This document shows, piece by piece, positions 24,375 to 35,046 of a stretch of DNA of 64,000 nt. The DNA comes from Felis catus. Its lineage: Eukaryota. The stretch spans positions 123,256,001 through 123,320,000 of the forward strand of contig NC_058374.1 in assembly GCF_018350175.1 (NCBI RefSeq). The letters are read 5' to 3'. Each line of letters begins with the position of its first letter. The stretch's first letter is position 1. The notes below the pieces were generated by a model that made no database searches, was not told the origin of the DNA, and saw only the letters and a program-made list of their open reading frames with translations. Position numbers and translations under genes: made by a program.

Positions 24375-24646
24375 ATACAACATGGATATTAAAAAAAAAA
24401 ATGTGCTCATCCTACTGCAAACATTCTGATTGGGAGGTGATTTTTATCTTTTATATCCTAAAGTCCAAAATTGGCAAGGTATTTGCAAGTAAAGTCGACT
24501 GGATGTAACATTCCAAAAATGTTGAACAGGCTGATCACTTTTTGTGGTACCACTAGGTTGAAAATACAGAGGCATAGATTCCCTTTGTTGATGACTTGGT
24601 GACATCGATTCTTATTTCAAGAGATAATTGTTGCTCATCTACTCAC

Positions 24647-24770
24647 CTGTATGTTCTGAGTCAACCAAAATAAGCAAGAAGTAGAAACAGCTTTCTGGAA
24701 GCTGTCAGGGTAGCGGGGATGCAGACACATTGGTTTTAAGCCAATAACTTAAAAATCCAGTAGATCTCAA
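24647..24770 (-). other. Candidate 124-bp non-coding exon (unverified)
   Basis: Acceptor ttcttttctag and strong donor CAG/gtgagt; stops in all three frames. Confidence 0.35.
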
Positions 24771-26304
24771 CTAGAAAAGAACTATATATATGAGCATCCA
24801 GAAGCTGGACACGATAGGCATACAGCGGCTTGAAGGGTGAGTTGAGGGCTGAGGATCTTTATCGTGTTGACCATTGCCTACTTTGTCAAATACAAAATAA
24901 ATTACAACAGACTTTTTGGGAGAACTCGGAAAGAATTGGAAAAGATATTGCATCCAAACACAGGAAACTCTATTCTTTCAGCTAAAACATAATGCATTTC
25001 CCCCAGTGGTATGAAGGGCTATATCTGGAAAATCATTTTTAGTGCTTCTGTATTTCAGGAAAATGTGACCAATGCTTAACCACCTAGTTAACAAAATGTT
25101 GCACAAATAGGAGTATCACCTTTCTTTCTAAAAACCTGTAACAAAACTTAAAATGTTTACCTGACATTTTAGACAACTTTCATTTCTGTGTACTGGGAAA
25201 ATAGACCAAATTACTCAAGAATAAAAAACATATACATCCTTTGAGTAGAGAAACCTGTATAATTGGTGCAATTACCCCTTCGATCAGGGGGTTCCCTCTC
25301 TTTTCCAAACTCTAGAATAGTTTTGTTGATGAAATAAGTTACCCGATCCCGCCACACCTGCCAATTTTCTCTTACGCTCATAGTATGTTCTCAGCCCGGT
25401 TCTGTAACTTGCGTGTGATTTTGGTTTCCTCTTAGATAAGGAAATCAGACTTTGGATGGCTGTGCTGTTCAGATTCCCAAGGCAGGAGGGTATAGGCCTG
25501 GTGTCCTGCCTCTGGAGCCACACATGCCATGCCCACAGGCCTGGCCCAAACTTTGGCNNNNNNNNNNNNNNNNNNNNNNNNNNNNNNNNNNNNNNNNNNN
25601 NNNNNNNNNNNNNNNNNNNNNNNNNNNNNNNNNNNNNNNNNNNNNNNNNNNNNNNNNNNNNNNNNNNNNNNNNNNNNNNNNNNNNNNNNNNNNNNNNNNN
25701 NNNNNNNNNNNNNNNNNNNNNNNNNNNNNNNNNNNNNNNNNNNNNNNNNNNNNNNNNNNNNNNNNNNNNNNNNNNNNNNNNNNNNNNNNNNNNNNNNNNN
25801 NNNNNNNNNNNNNNNNNNNNNNNNNNNNNNNNNNNNNNNNNNNNNNNNNNNNNNNNNNNNNNNNNNNNNNNNNNNNNNNNNNNNNNNNNNNNNNNNNNNN
25901 NNNNNNNNNNNNNNNNNNNNNNNNNNNNNNNNNNNNNNNNNNNNNNNNNNNNNNNNNNNNNNNNNNNNNNNNNNNNNNNNNNNNNNNNNNNNNNNNNNNN
26001 NNNNNNNNNNNNNNNNNNNNNNNNNNNNNNNNNNNNNNNNNNNNNNNNNNNNNNNNNNNNNNNNNNNNNNNNNNNNNNNNNCGGGAGCATAACGCGGTCT
26101 GGTCCTGCCCTATTTCTTGGGCCATGTGGAGGGGCATCCATGGGATTTTGGACAGGGTAAAATAATCTATAGAAAAGGGTGGGGGGACGACAAAAACAGA
26201 AAGCTTTATAAGATATAGGAGGTGTTTTAATGATAAGGAATACCTCAGAAATAATGCCGGGAACTGAATTCAATTGTATATATAAAAAGCCCTTCATCAA
26301 GGAC

Positions 26305-26490
26305 GTGATGGCGTGGTAGGAGGTGAAAAAGACTTAGCTAGAAAACCAGGCTTGAACTTTGGCTTTAAAATGTGTTTGTTGAATGACTGTCGGCAACTTT
26401 TAAAACTAAGGAATCTCCATTTCCCCACCTGTAAAATGAGAATAATCATCACCCCAACTTCATAGGGTTATTGCAAGGATCATAAGAGGA
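26305..26490 (+). mobile_element. MIR
   Basis: tttccccacctgtaaaatgagaataatc...catagggttattgcaaggat. Confidence 0.7.
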
Positions 26491-27044
26491 AGAAGCTCGT
26501 AGATTATGTTGCATCACACAACTGTTGGTTATCTCTCACTTTTGAACTACCTTCTTTCGGCACAGATATGACCTATCCAGCAGGTAGGTTGGTCTATCAG
26601 GGTAAAGAAAGGTAAAAACAGTCAGTGAAAGGGCAAATTTAAACTTTGTTTTCCATATATTTTATTCTGAGAGGAATGATTCAAGCTACATAACATTTCA
26701 AACTACCTCAAGAGAAAAATCAATCACTCTCTTAGAGGTATTTTCCCTAGTTGTTCATCTCATGATATCTCCTCAGAAATAATGGCAATAGAGCTGAATG
26801 AAAAACAACATGTCATGACAGTCATATCATTGGAAGATTAACATCTTGCTCAGAAAATAAGAAATATTTTCATATACATCCTTGACATCAGTCACTGTTT
26901 CCATATTGATAACCTATAAATCTCTGCCTAGAACTTCATCTGCTCTCCTAAGATCCAGATGTGGCACCCAAGCTTCCTTCTTAATTAAATGGATACTTCC
27001 CAGGATTCTTAAACTTCATATTTCCATAAAAATTAGCTTTTGCT

Positions 27045-27281
27045 GGGGCGCCTGGGTGGTTTGGTTGGTTAAGCGTCCAACTTCGGCTCAGGTCACGATC
27101 CCATGGTTCATGAGTTTGAGCCCTGCATCAAGCTCTGCCCTGACAGTGTGGAACCTGCCTGGGATTCTCTCTCCTTCTCTACCTTTCTCTCTGCCATTCC
27201 CAACTCGCACTCTCTCTCTCTCTCTCTCTAAATAAATAAATAAATGAATAAACAAAACAAAATAAAATAAAGTTAAAAAAA
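27045..27281 (+). mobile_element. Can-SINE
   Basis: TSD ttagcttttgct. Confidence 0.95.
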
Positions 27282-27342
27282 AGTTAGCTTTTGCTGTGTG
27301 ATAAACTTCTTCAAAACGTAGTCATTCAAAACAGTAACTTTT

Positions 27343-27551
27343 GGGGCGCCTGGGTGGCTCAGTTGGTTGAGTGGCTGACTTCAGCTCAGGTCATGATCTC
27401 GCAGTCCGTGAGTTCGAGCCCCGCGTCGGGCTCTGTCCTGGCAGCTTGGAGCCTGGAGCCTCCTTTGGATTCTGTCTCCCTCACTCTCTGCTCCTCCCCT
27501 GCTTGTGCTCTCTCTCTGTCAAAAATAAATAAATGTTAAAAAAAAATTTTT
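27343..27551 (+). mobile_element. Can-SINE
   Basis: TSD aaaa(c)cagtaact. Confidence 0.95.
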
Positions 27552-28280
27552 AAAAACCAGTAACTATTGATGTAGCTCATGATTCAGCGGGTTGGCAATT
27601 TGGACTGGGTTCAGCAGGGTGTCTGTGCTGGTGTTGGCTGGACTGGCTTATGCATCCATGTTCGACTGTTCAGTAGGGTGGGCTGCTGGTCCAGGATAGG
27701 CCTCGGCCAAGGTGGTTTGTCTCCGCTGCACACGATCTTCTGTCCTATCGTTGGCCAGCCTAGGCTCACATGGGGCTACATGGTTCCAAAAGAAAGAGAA
27801 GAGATGTTCAGGGCTCTAGACTGGAACTGGCACATGTTCCTTCCTCTGCGTTCTTCTGGCCAACGTCAGTCTCAAGGCCAGCCCGGATCCAAGGGGTGGG
27901 AGAAAAGGTTGAGTAAATTCCATTTCTTGGGCCAAAGTTTCACTGCAAAGAAGTATGGATACATGGGGAGGAATTAATATGGCCATTTTTGCTGATAATC
28001 CCAAACTGAACTTACGTTCCCAGTGAAACTTTCCTCACTCCTGTTTTTACCAGTTTGCTTAAAGCCATCAAGCCCCACCCAAAAACTTTAAGGTTATTCT
28101 GGGACATTCCATGCTGACAGTTAGTGGGTGGCTGAATTGTGTTATGTTACTTGCTTGATAGATCTTTACTCAATACTCTCATCATCTCCATTCTGAAAGA
28201 CTCAGGACGAGTATAGATTCTTCTCATTTTTACCTGGACTATTCTCACAAGCCAACTGATGTGTTTTCAGGGTTATTTTC

Positions 28281-28825
28281 TATATTAGTCTTCTATGGCT
28301 ATGTCAGAGTTTGCCACAAATTTAGCAGCTTAAAACAAGACCCATTTACTATCTCACAGTGTCTGTAGGTCAGAAACTCGGGTACAGGTGAGATGGATTC
28401 CCTGCTGAGAGTCTTACAAGATGTCGGCTGCATTATTTTCCTTTCTGGAGCTCAGAACACTTTACCAAGCTCATGGGGCTGTTAGCAGAATTTAATTCCT
28501 TGCAGTTGCAGGACAGAGGTCTCTACTTTCTCACTGGCCATCAGCACGAGTGGCCACCTGTTGGTCCTATTACAAGGCCTGCTCTATAAACACAGGAGTT
28601 TGCCTTCTTCCACGTCAGTAAGGGCGCATCTCTCTGACTTCCATCCTTTGTCCATCCCAGTATGCTAAGACAGAACCTTATATACGATATGACTAAATCA
28701 CAAGAATGACTTGACTTATCCTTTACATGTTCTTCTCACTCAAGGGTAGGGGATTACACATGTTTTGCACACCTGCTCACAGGCAGTGAGAATATTGGGG
28801 GCCATTTAGAATTCTGTCTACTATA
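28281..28825 (-). mobile_element. MaLR solo LTR (MLT1D/E-like)
   Basis: Antisense termini tatattag...ggggccatttagaattctgtctactata. Confidence 0.8.
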
Positions 28826-29334
28826 CGTTCTCCAAAAGCAGCCATCTCATCAGAATACAGATTGGATTATGCCACTCCTTGGCTTTTAATTCATGTGTTC
28901 TTATCACCTAAAAGGTAAACATCTTCCTTGACAGATTAAATCTTTCCCTTGAAAGTCTTTCTCACATAAGCCGGGACACACAGAAAAGACTCTCAGTTTA
29001 GAATAAGCTCATCAAGTCAGAGACATGGCTAGACCAGCAGGCAAGTGGCATGTATATAAAAGGCTTGAACTCAAAACATAGCATCTGTTCAGTTTTGAAC
29101 TATATTTAATCTTGGGACCTCTGGACACTAAAAAGTAATCAGAAGGAAACTGTGTGGGCCAAATGGGTTTTTCACTCTTTTTAAGACTCTGGAGAATAAA
29201 ATAAATACACTGCATACAAACACGAGCTGGCATTTACTAGGAATAAATAAGCAAAAACCATTTGCAGTAATGTCTAAAATCTATAGCGTCACAGTTATTC
29301 AACAACATAATTAAAGTTTGTCAACTGTACTCAA

Positions 29335-29530
29335 TCTCACTTAATAGCTCACATTTATCATGTGGTTGCTCTAAGCCAGGTGCTGTGCACTTGCTTATAT
29401 GCAGCATTTCATTTCAACTTTATAGCAAATGCAGTAGATGTGGTTGGCTGCATTTTTTGGATGAGGAAACTGAGGCAAAAGGAACGTAGGTAGAGCATAG
29501 CTAATAAGTGACAAAAATGATATTCAGATA
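29335..29530 (-). mobile_element. MIR
   Basis: gatgaggaaactgaggca core. Confidence 0.7.
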
Positions 29531-29610
29531 TATATAAATGAAGTCACATGTGAGTACTTTCAGTTCTGGAAACATGATAGATGCAGTGCAAAGGGCCCCT
29601 TCCCAGACTA

Positions 29611-29612
29611 CG

Positions 29613-29645
<33 letters not shown>
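29611..29645. repeat. (CA)n microsatellite
   Basis: Seen directly. Confidence 0.95.
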
Positions 29646-29650
<5 letters not shown>

Positions 29651-30617
29651 ATAAAATATAACATGGTTACTTAAATACACATGAATTCAAATAAAGAAAG
29701 ACAAACTCCCAGATACCAGAATGAAGAGCCAGAGTGAAGACTGAACAAATGAGCACGACAGTGACCGAGGGGGACGCTGGATGTAGAAATATATTCCAAT
29801 AGCTAGGAGTTGGGGGTGTTCATGTTCATGTAGGGAAAGAAGACTGGGGTGTGGCCTTGGGCATGCCCAAAATGTGCAGCTGGAGCTGAAGCATGTGCAG
29901 GATGTTCTAACCCTGAGGGGCCTCCCTCACCAGGCAAGAGTGGGGAGAAAACCTCTACCCACAAGGCCGTGAGAGCAGCAGGGATGTTTGCCCCTCCTTG
30001 GGGCTCTAGCAGAACAAAAGGCTCCACCTTTCCCATGAAATATCAAAACCCACGCCTGAATTGCCTGCAGGGGTGGCTTGGAACGTACATCTCCACGCTG
30101 TGCTGGTGCTGAAGGCAAAGAAACACACATGAAGATTTGTCTTAGACAGAAACCAGAAGCAAATGAATATGCTCATTATCCTCATATGTAGAGACGCTTC
30201 TACCTTGGCTCATGGGACCTGGCAGGAAGAAAATACAGATGAAGATGAATTCATAGTGAAAAATGACCAATCACACAAGGGAATGATCCACTATAAGGGA
30301 GAGGCAGCAGACCCAATAAAGAGCACACGAGCAGCTCCATAATTTCAGCCGTTATTATAATCTGAAGATTATAAAACAGGAAACAAAAAACTTAATTTTA
30401 AACAGAGACTGAAAACTTAAACATAGTTAGATCTGAAGAAAAATTGAACGGAACTGCCTACAATTTAATATATCTTATTTAAATTAAAAACTCAATAGAC
30501 AAATACACAGCAGACTAGATCCAAGAAGGAAAAGTACAGATGTGGAGCCACCTACGAGGAAATTACACAGAATGCTATACAGAGGGATGAAAAGGTAGAA
30601 CATGTGGAAGTTATTGG

Positions 30618-30720
30618 GTTTTTTTTCCTTTTTAATTGAAGTATCTTTCACACACAGTGTTATATTAGTTTCAGTACAATATAGTCATTCAACAATTCTG
30701 TACATTACTCAGTGCTCATC
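30618..30720 (-). mobile_element. Short carnivore L1 3' end
   Basis: ttttaattgaagtat...gttatattagtttcag resembles an antisense L1 3' terminus. Confidence 0.7.
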
Positions 30721-30920
30721 TTTTTTTTTAAATGTTTATTTGTTTTGAGAGAGAGAGAGTATGGGTGGGGGAAGGACAGAGAGAGAGGGAGACACAGAAT
30801 CCAAAGCAGGCTCCAGTCTCTGAGCTGTCAGCACAGAGCCCGATGTGGGACTCAAACCCACAAGCTGTGGGTCCTGAGCTGAAGTCAGAGGCTTAACCGA
30901 CTGAGCCTCCCAGGTGCCCC
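30721..30920 (-). mobile_element. Can-SINE
   Basis: Full antisense SINE; no clear TSD. Confidence 0.93.
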
Positions 30921-31484
30921 ATGTGTCCTCTGAATCTTCTATATCCACATGTGAAGTTTGAAAGGAATGTTAGTGACAGGAAGGATAGAACATAGTGATA
31001 TAACATTTCAACAGACTTTTTGGAAGAGGTTTGAGAATGGAGAAGACAATATATTCAAAGTTCTTTCCAAAATTCATTAGAAATGTGAAACTGCAGACTG
31101 ACAAGCCACATTAGTACCAATTGGGACAAAAAGAATGAAGTCGTATCTGATAAATCATGATGCAATTGCAGAGAAAACTTATTTTAATGTTGCCATAGGG
31201 CAAAAAGACTGACAAGACTCCCCAGCAACAAAAATAGAAGTCAGAAAATGATGGAATAATGTCCAGCTTTCCTAAAATTCAAGAATGAGGATGAGTTTAT
31301 CGTCTGTAGACCTTCACCGAAATAAGATTAGTAAAGGGTACACCTGAGTGAGAAGGAAGCTGAAACTGAAGGGATCAGTGTGCTCCAGCAACAGTGGAAA
31401 AATAAAATACCAAATGCTAGGGCAAATATGAACAAACATGCACTATTTTCTAAAAAGGGGTAATGTTAAAGTTATAATTCCATA

Positions 31485-31880
31485 CTATTTGGCGATGGAA
31501 AAGAATGAAGTCTTGCCATTTGCAACAACCTGGATGGAACTGGAGGGTTTTATGCTAAGCGAAATAAGGCAGTCAGAGAAAGACAGATATCACATGATTT
31601 CACGCATATGTGGAATTTGAGAAACTTAACAGATGACCATAGGGGAAGGGAAGGGGAAAAATAAGACAGAGAGGGAGGCAAACTGTAAGAAAACAAACTG
31701 AGGGTTGATGGCGGTGGAGGGTTGGGAGGGAGGGAGAATGGGTGATGGGCATTGAGGAGGGCACTTGTTGGAATGTGCACTGGGTGTCGTATGTAAGTGA
31801 TGAATCACGGGAATCTACTCCTGAAGCCTAGGCTACCCTTTACGTTAACTAATTTGAGAATTAAAAAAAATTTTTTTTAA
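31485..31880 (+). mobile_element. Young carnivore/felid L1 3' fragment
   Basis: Peptide MEKNEVLPFATTWMELEGFMLSEIRQSEKDRYHMISRICGI; perfect 19-bp TSD ttaaagttataattccata at 31466-31484 and 31881-31899. Confidence 0.95.
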
Positions 31881-31991
31881 TTAAAGTTATAATTCCATAG
31901 TTTTATTTTTATAATTCCACAGCTTTATAATTCCATAGTTTTGTTTTAAAACTAAGTTAAATTTTTTCTTTAAATTAAAAAAAACATTTTA

Positions 31992-32004
31992 ATATTTATT
32001 TATT

Positions 32005-32040
<36 letters not shown>

Positions 32041-32230
32041 ACACACACACACACACACAAAAGGGTGGGTGGGGGAGGGGCAGAGAGAGAGGGAGACACA
32101 GAATCTGAAGCAGACTTCAGGCTCCGAGCTGTCAGCACAGAGCCTGACACGGGGCTCAAACCCACGAGCCTTGGGATCATGACCTGAGCTGAAGTCAGAC
32201 ACTTAATTGACTGAGCCGCCCAGGTGCCCC
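31992..32230 (-). mobile_element. Can-SINE with (GA)n(CA)n tract
   Basis: TSD aacatttta. Confidence 0.95.
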
Positions 32231-32360
32231 TAACATTTTATTTTTACGTAAAAATAAAATTTATTTTTAAAATAAAACTATGGAATTATAACTTTGCAAT
32301 AGTAACATGAAATGTAAGATGCGTGATCTAAACTTTTTGTGTCATTAAGAAGAAATGCAG

Positions 32361-32580
32361 GGGGCGCCTGGGTGGCGCAGTCGGTTAAGCGTCCGACTTC
32401 AGCCAGGTCACGATCTCGCGGTCCGTGAGTTGGAGCCCCGCGTCGGGCTCTGGGCTGATGGCTCGGAGCCTGGAGCCTGTTTCCGATTCTGTGTCTCCCT
32501 CTCTCTCTCTGCCCCTCCCCCGTTCATGCTCTGTCTCTCTCTGTCCCAAAAATAAATAAACGTTGAAAAAAAAATTTTTT
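32361..32580 (+). mobile_element. Young felid SINE (SINEC_Fc-type)
   Basis: Perfect 16-bp TSD ttaagaagaaatgcag. Confidence 0.97.
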
Positions 32581-33004
32581 TTAAGAAGAAATGCAGAAAT
32601 ATTGTTAAACTTCAGACTTTGTGAATAGAGTTAAAAATTGTGGGTACCCACTAAAAGTATTAAAGTGATGTATATGACTTCTAAACATTAATGGTGGGAA
32701 AAAAGGAAATAAGGAAAAGTCAAGCAGAAAAAGAGGAGCAAAAATAGAATGCATGGGGAAAATAAAACTAAAAATTGAACAACAAAAAGAAATCATATCT
32801 ATCATTAATCACAACAAACATGAATTTGTCAAACTCCATAGTCAAAAGACTATGAAAGATATACTCAGATTGAATAAAATTATAAAATCCTAAAATCCTA
32901 AGGCGGTTTCTAAGAGATACTATTGAAATACGATGATGATGAGAGATTGAACATAATGCAAAGGAATAGTATTTACCAGGACAATATTAATCAGAAGAAG
33001 GCAG

Positions 33005-33665
33005 GTGGGAATGCAAACTGGGGCAGCCACTCTGAAAAACAGTATAGAGTTTCCTCAAAAAGGTAAAAATAGAACTACCCTACAATCTAGCAATAGCACT
33101 ACTAGGTATTTACCCAAGGATACAAAAATACAGATTCGAAGGGACACATGCACCTCAATGTTTATAGCAGCATTATCAACAAAGCCAAATTATAGAAAGA
33201 ATCCAAATGCCATTGACTGATGACTCAATAAAGAAGATGTGCTATATACATACAATGGAGTATTACTCAGTCGCCAAAAAGGATGACATCTTGCCATCTG
33301 CAATGACGTGGATGGAGCTCGAGTGTATTATGCTAAGCGAAATAAGTCAGTCAGAGAAAGACAAATGCCATATGATTTCACTCATATGTGGATTTTAAGA
33401 CAAAAAACAGAGGAACACAGGGGGAGAAGAAAAGAGAGAGGCAAACCAGAAAACAGACTCTTCATATTACAGAACAAACTGAGGGTTACCAGAGGGGATG
33501 TGGGAGTGGGGGGACGGGTTAAATGGATGATGGGTATTATGGAGGGCACTTGTCATGAGCACTGGGTGTTGAATGAAGTGATGAATCACTAGGTTCCACA
33601 TCTGAAACTAATGTTACCCTGTATGTTAACTAACTGGAATTTAAATAAAAACTCGGGGGAGAAAA
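33005..33665 (+). mobile_element. Carnivore L1 3' fragment nested in the fossil L1
   Basis: Peptide MEYYSVAKKDDILPSAMTWMELECIMLSEISQSEKDKCHMISLICG resembles the ORF2 C-terminus; followed by 3'UTR. Confidence 0.92.
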
Positions 33666-34996
33666 AAGAAGATAGTGTAGCATTGTCAAAGGGAATGCTA
33701 AAAGTAAGTAATGCTAAAAAGAATAATTTATCAGAAAACTATGGCAATCCTGGCCTGTAAGAACCACACCATCCAGATTCACACCATCTAAATCTGCAAT
33801 CAGATGATGACAAATTCACAGGAGAAGCTGAGAAACTGATAGGTCAGTTAAGCAGACAAAATAATTGGCAAAGTCACAGAACATTTTGAAAAACAAAATA
33901 AAAACTCCTGAATATATCTCTTGTATATTGAAACATGGAATCCTAAAATTAGAGAACAGTATCCTTTTTAAGCACACAGTGGACATTTTACGAAATTAAC
34001 CATGCGCAGGGTCACAAAGCAATTGCCAAAAAGTACTAAAGAGTCAAAGTGCCGGTTTGATTTTTTTTCTCCATGACATAGATAAATATTAAAAAACAAT
34101 AATAAGATTATGGTCACAAACCTCTCATGTATTTGGAAATTAACAAAATATATTTTTAAATAGTTTACTGGTTAACAATGTGTTACTGAAAGGACAAAAC
34201 ATTTAAAATTAGGTGACAATGAAAACACTATGGTTTAAAGATTATGAGATGGAGCTGTACAATACTTGGACAACATTTATGATCTTAAAGACATAAATTA
34301 GAAAGAGAGAGACATTAAAACTGAATGAGTTAAGCATCTAAGTCAAGAAGTTAGAAAAGAGCAACAGTGTAAACTTTAAGTGAAAGAAATATTAAAGAAA
34401 TGTGTTAATGAAAAGAAAAAAGATAAAGAACAAACAAACCAAAAGCTGTCCTACTGCAAAGACTAATAAAATCATTCTCTAGCATGACTGACTTAAAAAA
34501 AGAGGAGAAATACACAAAAAAAATTGGTAAGTTTAAAAGGACAAATAAATACAGGCAGAACATTTTGTAAAAATACAAAGTAAAAACAGCTCAATGCCAA
34601 TGATTTTTTAAAATTACTGAAATGAACAATAGTCCAGGTAAATATTAATTACTATAATTGGCTAAAGCAGCACTAGATGACATGAGCAGATTTATTTATA
34701 ATCTTCGTACAAATTTGCTCTACATCCAAAATTTCCTCGTTATAAAAAAGAACTGGCCAAGAAAATTTTACTGGGGAGAATTATCAAATCTTCCAGGAAC
34801 GGACAGTGTTGTGCTATATCAACTGTTTCAGAAAACAACAAAGAAAAGAAAGTCCCCTAAATAATCTCATGGGGCTAATAAAATCTCCATGGCAAAAGCA
34901 GACAAACAAGTATTAGGAAGAAAACTTACAAGGCACACTCATTCATGAGCATATATGCAAAATCATAAATGAAATAGCAAGAAATCGAACCCAACT

Positions 34997-35046
34997 CTGT
35001 GTGTGTGTGTGTGTGTGTGCATGTGTTTGTGTGTGTGTGAGAGAGA
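34997..35046. repeat. (TG)n(GA)n microsatellite
   Basis: Seen directly. Confidence 0.9.

Larger units (their letters stand above)
27030..28004 (-). mobile_element. MaLR LTR (MLT1F-H-like) carrying two SINEs
   Basis: Antisense 3' end attagcttttgctgtgtgataaac and 5' end ggccatttttgc. Confidence 0.75.

Noticed and set aside
25284-26300. ORFs of 187-338 aa, and similar ones at 10.4-11.0, 15.8-16.6 and 22.5-23.0 kb
   Set aside because: Their length comes from N-runs translated as X.
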